DNA of 64,000 nucleotides from positions 22,878,001 through 22,942,000 of the forward strand of contig OZ231126.1 of assembly GCA_965153355.1 (NCBI GenBank), in the 5' to 3' direction. Shown one piece after another: positions 44,921 through 59,217 of this stretch. The notes below the pieces were generated by a model. It made no database searches. It was not told the origin of the DNA and saw nothing but the letters and a program-made list of their open reading frames with translations. The stretch is from Flaccisagitta enflata (Eukaryota). How positions within the stretch are numbered: the first letter of the stretch is position 1; the number at the start of each line of letters is the position of its first letter. The position numbers and the translations under genes were made by a program.

Positions 44921-45238
44921 TATGTTTCATTGCAACCTTTAATTCTTTAACAATCAAAAAGTTAAAAAAAAAAATTCATCTAATGAGGCCAAGCAGAATG
45001 ATTTTGTTCAATCCGTTTAGAGTTAAGAGTTTTTTCAATGAAAAAAATTTGCATAGAATTTGCATAGAAACTCTCTAAAAAAGATTTTGTTAAAATGACT
45101 ATTTTTCTTCAAAACGCTTTCATTTGAAAACGGATTGAGCCACTAAGCTCTTCTTGGTCTTGAACGGAAGATTTTTTGTCATAACTTGTTGATCTGCTTT
45201 CATTTTTTCATGGGGTATTGAAGTTTAGCTGCTATAAC

Positions 45239-48200
45239 CAGCCCTGATCTTAGTGATTTTTTTCCAGCGGACCAGTCGGGCCCGCTCCCAGAAATTTTAG
45301 CGGGCCCAACAGAAAAACAGTGGGCCCAACATAACTGTTTTTCTGCTACACAAATCTTTTTAAGCACTGTTATAACAAAACAGTTGTTTTTGTTCTGTGA
45401 TCAAACAATAAGAAAAAGTTAGGGAAATATGAATGTATTTTAGTTGCATGCTACATGACTCTTGTTAAATCAGTCTGTTGGTTGGTCTGTGCATCATATA
45501 GTTCCCATTTCATCGTTTGTCCGATTCTGAATGTTTGTTTATTTCCACTTGCTCCCATTTTTTTGTCAGCAATATTGTTTGACTGTTTTGATGCGCACAA
45601 CATTGTTATTATGATCCTTTTTGTGCATCATGTAAAAAAAAAGTAGGAGAAAAAAACCTGGAAGGGTTATGAAAATCATTGTAAGATCATCTTAAGCAGA
45701 GGAGAGCAGTGATGCAAGGTATTCAGTTTTGATTCCATGACACTGTGATGCGGCCCAGTTGTTAAATCATTAGCGTCATTATTCAACAAAGGAAATGAAA
45801 ACAGCTCAAAATATGAATAAGTGAGATCAAACAACAAATATCACGATTGTGGCATTTATGAAAAAAAGGCAAGCAAAAAAAGAGCGGGCCTGTTGGGTCC
45901 CCAGCTGGAGAAACCAGTGGCTGTCGCCAAACATGTGAATTGCAGGTGCAATTGACAACATGTTTAGTGGAAATACTTAAATCTTATTTTGTAATACTAA
46001 AACAAGAAGTGAGAACATAGGATAAAGAAATAATAGATAAATAAAAGCCATATTCATGTTGAGAAAGACAAGGGAAGAACTGAAAAACATTACCCATATT
46101 CATTAAGGGAGAGAGAAGGGAAAAACAGAGAAACAAAAGCCATACTCATAAAATAAAAAACAAAGGAAAAACTGAAAAACATTATCCATATTTATATAGG
46201 GAGAGACAAGGGAAGGACAGAGAAACAAAAGCCATATTGATATAGGGAAAGACAAAGAGGAGCTGAAAAATACACACATATTCGTATAAGGAAAAACAAT
46301 GGATGAACAGAGAAACAAAAGCCATACTGAAACAGGAAAGACAAGCGAAGAGTTGAAAAACATTACTCATATTCACATAGGGAAAGACAAGGGTAGAACA
46401 GAGAAACAAAAGCCATATTGATGTAGGGGAAGACAAGGGAAGAACTGAAAAACATTACCCATATTCATACAGGGAAAGACAAGGGAAGGACAAAGAAACA
46501 AAAGCCATATTGATGTAGGGGAAGACAAGGGAAGAACTGAAAAACATTACCCATATTCATATAGGGAAAGACAAGGGAAGAACAGAGAAACAAAAGCCAT
46601 ATTGATGTAGGGGAAGACAAGGGAAGAACTGAAAAACATTACCCATATTCATACAGGGAAAAACAAGGGAAGATCAGAGAAACAAAAGCCATATTGATAT
46701 AGGGGAAGACAAGGGAAGAACTGAAAAACATTACTCATATTCATATAGGGAAAGAAAGGGAAGAACTGAGAAACAAAAACCATATTGATGTAAGGGAAGA
46801 CAAGGGAAGGACTGAAAAACATTACCCATATTCATACAGGGAAAGACAAGGGAAGGACAAAGAAACAAAAGCCATATTGATGTAGGGGAAGACAAGGGAA
46901 GAACTGAAAAACATAACCCATATTCATATAGGGAAAGACAAGGGAAGGACAAAGAAACAAAAGCCATATTGATGTAGGGGAAGACAAGGGAAGAACTGAA
47001 AAACATTACCCATATTCATATAGGGAAAGACAAGGGAAGAACAGAGAAACAAAAGCCATATTGATGTAAGGGAAAACAAGGGAAGAACTGAAAAACATTA
47101 CCCATATTCATACAGGGAAAGACAAGGGAAGATCAGAGAAACAAAAGCCATATTGATATAGGGAAAGACAAGGGGAGAACTGAAAAACAATACCCATATT
47201 CATATAGGGAGAGACAAGGGAAGAACTGAAAAACATTACCCATATTCATACAGGGAAAGACAAGGGAAGGATAGAGAAACAAAAGCCATATTGATAAAGG
47301 GGAAGATAAGGGAAGATTTGAAAAACATTACCCATATTCATATAGGGAAAGACAAAGGATGAACTGAGAAACATTACCCATATTCTTATAGGGAAAGACA
47401 AGGGAAGATCAGAGAAGAAAAGCCATATTGATATAGGGAAAGACAAGGAGAGAACTGAAAAACAATAACCATATTTATATAGGGAAAGACAAGGGAAGAA
47501 CAGAGAAACAAAAGCCATATTCATGTAGCGGAAGACAAGAGAAGAACTGAAAAACATTACCCATATTCATATAGGGAAAGACAAGGGAAGAACAGAGAAA
47601 CAAAAGCCATATTGATGTAGGGGAAGACAAGGGAAGAACTGAAAAACATTACCCATATTCATACAGGGAAAGACTAGGGAAGGACAAAGAAACAAAAGCC
47701 ATATTGATGTAGGGGAAGACAAGGGAAGAACTGAAAAACATTACCTATATTCATATAGGGAAAGACAAGGGAAGAACAGAGAAACAAAAGCCATATTGAT
47801 GTAAGGGAAAACAAGGGAAGAACTAAAAAACATTACCCATATTCATACAGGGAAAGACAAGGGAAGATCAGAGAAACAATAGCCATATTGATATAGGGAA
47901 AGACAAGGGGAGAACTGAAAAACAATACCCATATTCATATAGGGAGAGACAAGGGAAGAACTGAAAAACATTACCCATATTCATACAGGGAAAGACAAGG
48001 GAAGGATAGAGAAACAAAAGCCATATTGATAAAGGGGAAGATAAGGGAAGATTTGAAAAACATTACCCATATTCATATAGGGAAAGACAAAGGATGAACT
48101 GAGAAACATTACCCATATTCTTATAGGGAAAGACAAGGGAAGGACAGAGAAACAAAAGCCATGTTCTTATAGGAATAGACAAGGGAAGGACAAGGGAAGG

Positions 48201-48405
48201 ACAAGGGAAGGACAAGGGAAAGACAGCGAAAAACAAAACCCTACTTTCAAAGAGAGTGGAGAGTGGAAGGAAAAAAAAGGAAAAAAAAAAACAGAAAAAC
48301 ATTTTGTGGAGTTATAGTGAATTGCTTAACGCAATTCACAACTAGCAGGCCCAATGGCCTAAATGCGGGCCTCGGGCCCGCGGGCCTGCTCTAAGATCAG
48401 GGCTG
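45239..48405. mobile_element. Non-autonomous hAT element carrying a satellite array
   Basis: TIR CAGCCCTGATCTTAG / CTAAGATCAGGGCTG; 8-bp TSD GCTATAAC (45231-45238, 48406-48413); GCGGGCCC subterminal motifs. Confidence 0.9.
46020..48230. repeat. 46-bp satellite with alternating A/B monomers (92-bp dimer)
   Basis: GGGAAAGACAAGGGAAGAACAGAGAAACAAAAGCCATATTGATGTA alternating with GGGGAAGACAAGGGAAGAACTGAAAAACATTACCCATATTCATATA. Confidence 0.9.
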
Positions 48406-48516
48406 GCTATAACCTTGGTTAGGTGTCCGTATATCTATTTCCTAGATAGTAGACAAGCGACTACGCCCCGCTTTATCAGTCGGTTGGTTGATTTGTCCAT
48501 ATCCTTCCATCAAACA

Positions 48517-48703
48517 TTTTTAGTTGCTTGCTACGCGACTCAACACCCTGCTTTGTCCGTCCGTCGGTCCATCTATCACACATTACTTTTTTGTTTTTTT
48601 GCGGTCTTTGGCCTCACCGCTCCTGCCCAAGTAAACAGGTGTCCTCAAATATGGCCCCTGCCCACCCGCACATGACTGGGGTAGCCGTGTATCCGGCCTT
48701 GTT
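48517..48703 (+). mobile_element. HINE family A copy
   Basis: Same ends and core as 38109-38316. Confidence 0.7.
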
Positions 48704-49712
48704 GAATTACAAGCCATTTTTGCATTACTGCTTCTTCCTAACTACCTGCGACTAGATTGCTGTGCATTGGGCCTTATTGATTCCTTTATTTGTGTACTAA
48801 GGGTTACATATTATCTCGAGAATCATACATGGTTTCATTAGGAAGGCAGAGCTAAGAAATTTTGCTTGTGGGAAGCTAAAAATTTTCTGCAGCCCTGGGT
48901 AGGGGAGGGACATCAGCGCGGGCAGGAGATGTGAGTAGATTGTAGAGGTGTCGTTTTGTGTCAATCTATCTGAAAAATTGGCAAATAGTAGCTTTCAAAT
49001 TTCTTGCATTGCTTCACTTGTTCTAATATGTCCAGCAGTATACTCGCTTGTTAAAAAGAAAAAAAAAAACAAAAGAGACAAAGAAACTTGGAAAAATAAA
49101 CTAAAAGGAAGAAGAAGAGAAAAGAAAAAACAAATTGTAACAGCAAAAAAATGGAAACACGTTTTTAAGCGAGTGGCCTTAGAATTCTCCAAGCGCTTTA
49201 TTTACGTCATACTTTCTTTGTTTTTTTTTTTTTTATGCAAAAAATCCCTGTTCCTTAGTTGTCATTATTATTGATGCTAAAAATGTTTAAATTGAATTAT
49301 GTACTGAAGTCTGAAGATGTGATCGGTTCCGGTCAAATGTCTCATGTGCAATTTACCTTTACATTTTACTGATCCAAATAAAGAATGACTTAGAATGACT
49401 GAAAATGACTTAAAATGACTTAAGATGACCCCAAATGACTATAAATGATGCCAAAAAGCAAAGTGTTACGGACCGACAGACTGACTGATGGACCGACCAA
49501 CGGATGGACGGACTGACCGACAGAGCCGGTCAAAGAGTCGCGTTTTTTTTATGCAAAAAATCCCTGTTCCTTTTACCTTAGTTGTCACTTTTATTGATGC
49601 TAAAAAAGTTTAAATTGAATTATGTACTGAAGTCTGAAGATGTGATCGGTTCCGGTCAAATGTCTCATGTACAATTTACCTTTACATTTTACTGATCCTA
49701 ATAAAGAATAAC

Positions 49713-50128
49713 TTTTTAGTCGCGTGCACGCGACTCTACACCCCGCTTTGTCGGTCCGTCCGTCCGTCGGTCCGTCCGTCCGTCGGTGGGTCCGTCCGTC
49801 CGTTGGTCCGTCACACTTTACTTTTTTTGTTATATAACGTCAACTCTTAGGTCATTTTAAGTCTTTTTTAGTCATTAATAGTCATTTTAAGTCATTTTGT
49901 GTCATTCTAAGACATTTTAAGTCATTCCAAGTCATTCTAAGTTATTTAAAGTCATTTTTGGTCATTAGGTTTTTTAGTTATTTTAAGTCCTTTTTGGACA
50001 TTTTAAGTCATTCAAAGTCATTCAAAGTCATTCTAAGTCATTCTAAGTCATTCTAAGTCATTCAAAGTCGTTCTAAGTCATTCTTACCCTTTAAATCTCG
50101 CACGCGACTTATAGGTGTTGGCCTTATT
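49713..50128 (+). mobile_element. HINE family A variant with an internal (AAGTCATTCT)n minisatellite
   Basis: TTTTTAGTCGCGTGCACGCGACT...10-bp repeats...CACGCGACT...GGCCTTATT. Confidence 0.7.
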
Positions 50129-50337
50129 CTCATTCCTTAAAACACTACACTCAAATTTGCTTAAAGTCATAAGCAACAAAAATGGTTTGCTTGAAAAAAG
50201 GTTGAGTCAGTACTCGCCCTAGTTCATATCTAAATAGATATCATACACCTAGATACAACAAAATAGAATGAGATTAGGTGATGTTGAAGCAAAATAGAAA
50301 TAGATGTGACAAAAACCTGAGTAAATTAGTTACTTAC

Positions 50338-50459
50338 CTTGACACTTTTGGAGGCAATACTCCCATATTTTCTGTGGATCAGTGGTGTAACACCATGGTC
50401 CTTCAGGCACATTATCTGGATTGCGACAGTAATTGCTCACAAGTCCATCATTGGGGTAT
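50338..50459 (-). CDS. Kringle domain C-terminal half exon ([40 protein letters not shown])
   Basis: Canonical kringle NYCRNPD...PWCYT...WEYC motif; cctag| acceptor and CAAG|gtaagt donor; phase 2-1. Confidence 0.92.
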
Positions 50460-52108
50460 CTAGGTTAAGAAAGGCATATTAGAATTCAAAGAAACTTCCC
50501 ATCTGCTTGCAATTCGATACCATGTCCTCAAATCATTGAAACCTATAGTTTGGAAAAAAGTCGAAGAGACGAAGTCCCTTTGGTCTTTTTGAGTCCTGTA
50601 GAGAAAAACGGATTTCCCTTTGTTTAATGAGGCGTTTGGGAAAGTTGATGCATTTTGGGGGCAGAATGGGACTATGCATGAAATTGATAGCTAAAAAAGT
50701 GCTAATTCTCCTCTTTCAGATGACGCCAAGCAGAATTCTGTGCGATCATTAATTTTGGAGCTATGTTTTTTTTAATCTTTTTATATTTTTTTGCAATTTT
50801 TCCCAAAAACGAGGGATCGAGTTAGTTGAAGTTTAACTGAACTTTGAAATGTCCCAGGTGATGCTTGTGCATCCTGGCCGCCCAGTCTCTCTCTCTTTTT
50901 AACTCTGGACTCCATGAGAGGCTTTTTCCGTCAGTCCATCCATCGGTCTGTTGGTCCATCTGTCCGTCTGAGTGGACAAGTGGAAATCCAAGCGGTTTAG
51001 ATGCTTGTGTGTGGGGGTTGGGGTTGGGGTGTGGATGGGGGTTGGATGCCTCTGTCCACCTGTTCGCAACAATATTGTAACCCCGTGTTACATGAGAAAA
51101 GGGGAGAGAGAGAGAGAGAGAAGGGGAGAGAGAAAATGAAAATGGGTGAGAGAAAGAGAGAGAGAAAGAGATAGAGACGGGCAAACAAAGAACAAACAGA
51201 GAAACACATGTAGAGAGCGGAGCAAACCAAAAAGATGCCAGGAGAAAAAACTAATCATCCAAGGATCGCACATGGTCAGCGGTACCCGGTGCCCTGCCGG
51301 GAGTGATTCAGTGAAGTAGTGGAGTAAGAGCAGGGGGGAATTACCAGACATCCTGAGGGGGAATATTTCAGGCCTTAGATGATTGATTTAGGCCACTGAA
51401 GGCATGTTTGAAGGCTGGAGGGCCAAATTAAGGCTTAGAGAGCAGATTTTAGGTTTACAGGGCAAATTTGATCCACGGAGGGCTAATTTGATGCTTGGAG
51501 GGCTAATTGAAGGTCTTAAGGGTACATCTGAGGTCTGGAGGTCAAATTTGAGGCGGAGGGGGGCTGGTTTTAAGCCTGGAAGGCTGATTTGAGGCCTCGA
51601 AGGCTAAATTGAGGGCTGGGACGGCAAATTTGAGGTCTTGATGGCCAACGGGAGAGGGGGGGATGGATGGAACGAGGGACAGACATATGGAAATTCCCCC
51701 CTTTGTTCTACAGGACATTGGCCCTTTGGAACCGCTGCCCAAAAATGCAATCAACCAGACAAAATACAATCACAAAAAAATTCCAAAACCTCGCACTTAC
51801 AACTTTTTTCCTACAACGAGAGCCGCCTTTATTGGTAATACTAAAACTCAAATACTAAATAATAAAACTCAATCAGTAAAACACAATTTAACACTATTTA
51901 AACCTTAACTATATAGTTTTACTGATATATGGGGAAGAAAATCATAGATATAAAAACACTACGTGACGCGTCGCGGGGAAGAAAATCAAAGGCAGGGGGG
52001 GAAATCCCAAAAGCGACTCAAGAATATACATTTTTTTGGTAAAATCAAAAAAGAGCAACAGGTACCGCTGACCATGTAATGCTTTTGTGACTATTCCAGG
52101 CCTGTATA

Positions 52109-52856
52109 CTATCTTGGAAATAAATATACGGACAGCTGGAGAAAACTTAATGTTTATTCACTGACTGAAAAATAAGTTTCAATAAATAAATTTTCAGTCA
52201 TTATATGGTATTTTGAACTACGAACTGTCCTTGTTTTGAGTTTTTATTGGATTGGTCTATGATTTTTCAACTTAAATCAGAGTATCCCTAATTTCTTATT
52301 AAGCAATGAGAACATCATAAAATTAGATTGGTTTTTAGGTGCCACAAAGCACCTCTATAACTGGCTCTGTCCGTTGGTTGGTTGGTTGGTTGGTTGGTTG
52401 GTTGGTTGGTCTGTCTGTAACGCAATCGTTCGACGATCAACATGTTGAACCTTATTGGCCTACTTAGCCTTGTTTATAGATATTTAATGATTTCATAGCA
52501 ATATAGTTTACCGCAACCTTCAATTTTTTTTAACTATCAAAAAGAATATAAAAAATGTAAGCTAATGAGGCCAAGCAGAATGATTTCAGTCTATCCATTC
52601 AGATTTAAGAGCCTTTTCAATGAAAGCTGTCTCGTGAAAATTGGTACTGAAACTCTCTAAATCAGATGTTGGTAAAATGACTATTTTTCTTCATAACGCT
52701 GTCATTTGACAACGGATTGAGCCGCTAAGCTCTGCTTGGTCTTGAATGGAAGATTTTTTGTCAAAGTTTATCGATCTACTTTCATTTTTTCATGGGGTAT
52801 TGAAGTTTAACTGCTAAAACCATGGTTAGGTGTCCGTATATTTATTTCCTAGATAG
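52109..52856. mobile_element. TA-flanked MITE, sister of 43843-48449, with a small internal HINE-type insertion (~52333-52473)
   Basis: TA|CTATCTTGGAAATAAATATACGGACA ... TGTCCGTATATTTATTTCCTAGATAG|TA. Confidence 0.8.
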
Positions 52857-53886
52857 TATTATTGAGTTTTCCCCCCTCCCGGTGGGGGCGGGGTAAAGTA
52901 ATCAAAGAGTTTAGAGATATGGAAGAAAATACGTAAAAGGGGGAAAAAGAAAGCTTGTCATTTTCAAACAAATTGAGCGGAACTCTGGGATTGGTCTCAA
53001 ATGAAAGATAATTTAACATAGATCGCTCTTCTGCTTAGAAATCAGGGAACATTTGATAATTAGTAAAAATAGTTAAAAACTGCCAAATTCTTTAGAAGAT
53101 GTAAAATCTATGAAAAATCAGCTGTCATTTGAGACCAATCCCAGGGTTCTAGCTCAATTTGTTGAAAAATGGTATGCAGTTATAGAGAGCTACTTTCAAG
53201 TACGATAACAAATAAAGAAATAGAAATTGATGAGGATAGAAATCGCATATGTTCTTCTCACATAAAAGACGCACTTTTGAATAATTGATTATGCCATTGA
53301 AACTCATAAAAACATATTAAAATTCTAAGTTTTCAGAAAGCCCTTGGAAAATACTTTCATTTGGCGACAATCTGGTATTTCTATCTTTTTTTGTTTGGGA
53401 GAGGCATTAGTTTGAGTAAAAACTTTTCTGATTTTGATTTTGCAGTTGCATAGAAAAAAATGCATTTTAGAAAAATGGTCCTTCACTTTGACTGGCTCTA
53501 GCTAAACGGTTTAAGTTACAGAACTGGGAATGGTCTAGAATGAAAGATCTTTTGAAAATCTTTAAAATCACTTCTATTGACAAATTTTTGTAGAGCTTTT
53601 TGGATCCTTTTTGTTAACAAATATAAAGGTGCGTCTTTTTTTAAAATTCGCGTAGTATATGGGGAAGAAAACGCGACGCGACGCTTTACGGGGAAGAAAA
53701 TCAATAGAGGGGAGAGGGGGGGGGGGAATCAAAAGCGACTCAGTAAGATACACCCATGGATTTTGCATCTATATTCTTTGCTTTACCTTAGATTTGTGTT
53801 GTACACACCATCAGGATCCATAAGTTATCTGAGTAATCAACACTCTCTACCTCAACTCTTTATGGTTTGTGCAAAAAGCTCCTAAC

Positions 53887-54001
53887 CTCTGAATACTTCG
53901 TGGTGACCATTCTTTACATGTTTTTCCACTGAGTGTGACGCTTTTTGTTCCACGATAATCTTTACCATGAGGCCCATTGTAGCAGTCTGACGAGGCAGTA
54001 T
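53887..54001 (-). CDS. Kringle domain N-terminal half exon (TASSDCYNGPHGKDYRGTKSVTLSGKTCKEWSPRSIQ)
   Basis: Canonical CY..G..YRG..S.T.SG.TC..W motif; caacag| acceptor and AGAG|gttagg donor; phase 1-2 joins in frame to 50459. Confidence 0.92.
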
Positions 54002-55198
54002 CTGTTGTTGCATATTAAGTGAAACAGCAGTAAAAGCAGTAAAAGGGGTGGTGGTCCCAAACAAATCAATTTTCCACCATGAAAATCAAATATATTTCAT
54101 TTACTTCTACTTTGTCATGAAGGGGGACTGAAAGCGGGATAAGAGTTGGGGGCTGTGGGGGCGGGGGGGGGGGGCTTAGGTGACAGGGGAGGCTGGCTGA
54201 TATAATTGCTGGGGTCGCTATCATGCTAATCTGCTCTCCACAGGAATGCACTAAAATTAACCAAATGCCTTGCATCCTGAGATACACCTTCTTTATACTC
54301 CCAAGAATTTTCACTGGACATACAAATATTGTGCACTCAGATTTTCACAAATAAGATCCCATCGTCTTCTAATATCCACTCTTTTCATAAGTATCAATTT
54401 TTATTGACACACCAAATCTTGCCTTTGCATGCCACACAATGCAATTTACAGGAGTGAACATCAGTAAATGCTATCTCACTCCATAATCTAGGGTGATATT
54501 AAACCCCGGGGGTTACTTGGGGTTGCTGTAGGTTGCTTTGGGTTGCTTGGGTTGAAGCCCGAGTAAAACCAAGCTCTGGGTTTGGCTGGGGGTTCAAGCT
54601 TATGTTTTTCTGTTATAGATTATGAGGTGTATCTTGGATTCATCATAACCATGCCACAAAAAACATCATGATAGATTTTACCCATAGTGTATTCTTTCTA
54701 CAATAGGAAAGAGAACAGAAACAGTATAGGTAAAATCTAGATTCATTTTTTTTTTATGATTCTAAGTATATCAATGTATCTGTGTGAGTTGAGTCAATGC
54801 AGTGGCTGTAGTGAATACTTTTTTCAGTCTCTTTCTCTTTTATTCTCTCTTTTTTAGATGCGTCCTTGCATCTCTATAAGAGGGTCTGTCCGTCTGTATG
54901 CCCGTCTGTATGTCCATTAACCCTACCTCAAAAATCCCGTTTATCCATTACCAATCACTCACCAACCACCCCTTATCATTTTTTAGATGAATCATGCATC
55001 TCTATATAGTCTGTCCGTCGTATGTCCATCATGGATTCATTCAGCCCTACCTCAAAAATCACTTATCAATCTCCAATCACTCACCAGCCTGATCATTTTT
55101 GGAGTATCCTCCTTCAGAAAGCAGCTTCAGGAAATGTGACTTGCTGTATCGGCTTTTTGGGCAGTATTTTTTGGCAGGACAAAATGGTGGTTTTCGTT

Positions 55199-55248
<50 letters not shown>

Positions 55249-55814
55249 CGAGAGCGGGCGAGCGGCATTTGATGAGGGAGAGGATATGAAAGAAAAAAAA
55301 GATAGTGGAATCGATTTGCACCATTGCACACAATTATGGCCGCTAATTGTCTCATATTGTATTGGCTTTTTGTGTCGAGCAGATGGTCAAAAAAGAAGAT
55401 TATATCGATTGAATTCGACCGCCACTTCCTACCAAAACGAGAAAGACAAAAGTAACAACCGCCGTCCTAATTGTAAAGAATGATACGCTAATCTGAAATT
55501 ATAATCATGAGCTCGGTGAGGCAAGAAATTCTAATCTTAAACCACCTGGAAATAAACGAAGGAAATAGTTCATAACTATCAATAATTTCTGATGCTCTGA
55601 TGAGGACCAATTGTTACCTATACCAATAAAGGTGGCTTTCGCCGGCCGGAAAAAAGTTGTAAATGGGAATCTTTTTATTGCAGTTCATGTTCATCTGTGT
55701 CTGCGTTTCATGCTATCACATAAACTGCCTGAGTGTTTTTGTTAATCAATCTCTGTCTCTCTGTCTCTTTTTCCCCTTGATCTTTCTGTCTGTGTGTGTG
55801 TGTGTTTGTGTGTC

Positions 55815-55902
<88 letters not shown>

Positions 55903-56046
55903 TCTTTCTGTCTTTTTCTGTCTCTGTCTCTCTGAGTCTCTCTGTCTCTTTGTGTCTCTCTGTCTCTGTCTCTGTCTGTCTGTCTATACCACCTCTGTCT
56001 GTCTGTCTCTCTCTCTCTCCCTCTCTCTCTCCTCTCTCTCTCTCTG

Positions 56047-56149
<103 letters not shown>

Positions 56150-56220
56150 ACTCTCTTTGTCTCTTTTCCTTCTTTCCTTCATCCTCTCTCCTCTCTCTCT
56201 CTCTCTCTCTCTGTTCTCTC

Positions 56221-56325
<105 letters not shown>

Positions 56326-56451
56326 TTCTGTCTTTCTTTCTCTCCTTCTCTCTTTGTCTCTTCTCTCCCTTTCCTTCTCTCTCTGTCCTCTCTCTCTCCT
56401 TCTCTCTCTGTCCTCTCTCTGTCCTTCTCTCTCTCTCTCTCCCTGTACCTG

Positions 56452-56547
<96 letters not shown>

Positions 56548-57538
56548 TCTTTCTCTCTCTCTGTCTTTCTTTGTCTCTTTTCTCTCTTTCCTTCTCTCTC
56601 TGTCCCAGGGTACGACAAAGTGCCCAAGCACGCAAGCATTGCTTGTGGGCTGCTAGCAGGTTTTGTAGGCAAGGAAACAGGAAAAGAAAAACAAAAATAA
56701 ACTAGTCATCCAAGGATCGCATGGTCAGCGGTACCGATGCCCTGCTAGGAGTGATCAACTGAAGAAGTGGAGTGAAGGCAGACAAAAGCCGACACAAAGG
56801 GCCGATGTCCTATAAGACACAGGGGTGAATTTCCAGACATCCCTGAAAGTACATTAAAGGGCTGTATACTTGGTTTTGAGCCTGACAAAGGCTGATTTAA
56901 GAGTAGAGAAGTAATTTTGAGCTGAAAAGGGCTGATTTTGGGCCTAGGAAAGGACTGATTTTGGGCCTGAGAGGGCTGATTTGAGCTTGAGGCTGATTTT
57001 AAACTAACGAGAGGGCTGATTTGGTGAAGCTAATTTGGAGCTAATTTTGGAGCTGAAAGAGCTGATTTTGGGCCTGAGAGGCTGATTTTGAGTCTGAGAG
57101 GGCTGATTTTGGGCTTGAGAGGGCTGATTTTGGGCTTGAGAGGGCTGATTTGGGGCCCGAGAGGGGCCTGATTGGGGGTCTGACGGAGGGCCTGACGGAC
57201 GTAGGGACGCACGGACGGACGGACGGACGGACCGGCGGACGGGCGTCTGAAATTCACCCTGTGTCCTACAGGACATCAGCTCTGGGGCCGCTGCTTACTA
57301 AGAAAGTTTAAATATATATGAATAATATGAAAAATATTATGAAAATTATAAACATACTGTCATATTACAATAAAAGATTGTTTTTTGTTTTAATATTCAT
57401 TATATCTAGGATATCACTACATGAAGATTGGTGCAAATTTGTTGTAGGCAGGAGTCAGTAGAAAAATCTCGCTTGTAGGCAACTAAAAATTTTGTCGGGC
57501 CGTGCTCTGTCCTCTCTCTCTCCTTCTCTCTCTCCTTC

Positions 57539-57671
<133 letters not shown>

Positions 57672-57716
57672 CTCTCTCTGTCTCTCTCTCTCTCTCTCTG
57701 TCTGTCTGTCTGTCTG

Positions 57717-57859
<143 letters not shown>

Positions 57860-58695
57860 AAACTGAGGGCATACATCTGTCCATCCGTACGTCCGCCGTG
57901 CAGCCACCCAAGTTTTCTGATATAAAAATTCCATAGAATAACATGGGAAAATAACAAAATGCAAACTTCCCATTGAATAACGAGGAAAATTTACAAAAAA
58001 AAAACAAAAAAAAAACAGAAAAATACAAATTTCCCATCAAATAATATGGAAAATAAGCAAAAATGAAAGTAATGTGAGATCCCAATTGAGTAACATGGAA
58101 AATTGATAAGAAAACAAGAAAAACATGAAATTCTCATTGAATAACATGAAATTCTCATTGAATAGCATGAAAAATTAAAAAACAATTTATGACTGCCATT
58201 GAATATCATGGAAAATTGCCCCAAAAGCCGGAAATATGCCTTCTCAGGATGTAAAGAAATTCACCCATAGAGTTACCTATACGCTTTTTTATCCGCCACC
58301 TCTACAGGAAGTTGCAGATGAGACGCAAAAACGTATTTGGCGCCAGAATAAGTGTCCCATTGGCGTTTTTCAGGTTTCTCACTTGGCAATGATGGACTAG
58401 TAAGATTTAAAGAATTCATAGTGGATTTTCTGTGATCATTTGGAAAATTTGATAGAAATTTCCAGAACTTTTTTGCTAGCATCAAGAGATTATTTTCATA
58501 TCATATATTATTTCTATTTTGTTTTTTTTTCATCAGCTTTTATATTTCATAATTCATGATTCACTTTTTATTTTTACCTTTCACTTTTCATTTTTCACTT
58601 TTCACTTTTCTTTTTTCACTTTTCACTTTTCACTTTTCCTTTATCACTATTCACTTTGCACTTTTTACCTTTTATTTTTCACTCTTCACTTTTTC

Positions 58696-59217
58696 TTTTT
58701 AGTCGCGTGAGCGTGACTCTAGAAGCCGCTGTGTCTGTCGGTCGGTTGGTCGGTCGGTCGGTCGGTCGGTCGGTCGGTCGGTCGGACTTTTTTGAAATAT
58801 GGCCTTAATCATCATTTTAAAGGAACATAACTCTTAAGGGTACTTTAAGGTACTCAAAGGTACATGTGGGTACTTTAGGGTACTTAAGGGTACTATAGAG
58901 TACTATAGGTATTAAGGGTAATATAGGGTACTTTAGGTACTTTTGGGTACCTTAGGATACTTTAGGGTACTTAAGGGTACTTTAGGGTATTTTAGGTACT
59001 TCAGGGTACATTAGGGTACTTAAGGGTACATTAAGGTACTTTAGGGTACATTAGGGTACTTAAGGGTACTCAAGGGTACTTTAAGTCCTTTATTTTAATT
59101 CATTACCTTTATTACCTTTAGCTTTATTACCTTTACCTTCTTACCTTCTTACAGTGCATGTTCTGTAATACCTTTATTACCTTTATTACCACACAACTAA
59201 GGTTTGTTGACATTGTT
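58696..59217 (+). mobile_element. HINE family A variant with an internal (GGGTACTTTA)-type minisatellite
   Basis: TTTTTAGTCGCGTGAGCGTGACT start, (GGTC)n, 10-11-bp repeats at 58840-59085. Confidence 0.65.

Larger units (their letters stand above)
43843..48449. mobile_element. TA-flanked MITE (CTATCT...AGATAG ends) carrying two nested insertions
   Basis: The sister copy at 52109-52856 shows both empty sites. Confidence 0.8.

Noticed and set aside
46020-48230. CRISPR-like regular repeat
   Set aside because: Contiguous tandem monomers without unique spacers, no cas genes, eukaryotic context.
55590-55655. CTGATGAG hammerhead-like core (also on the minus strand near 42770 and 14090)
   Set aside because: No stem II closed by GAAA and no stem I/III pairing.
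58273-58485. Candidate first exon of the kringle gene
   Set aside because: The open frame ends in phase 2 at the donor, whereas phase 1 is needed; no signal peptide.
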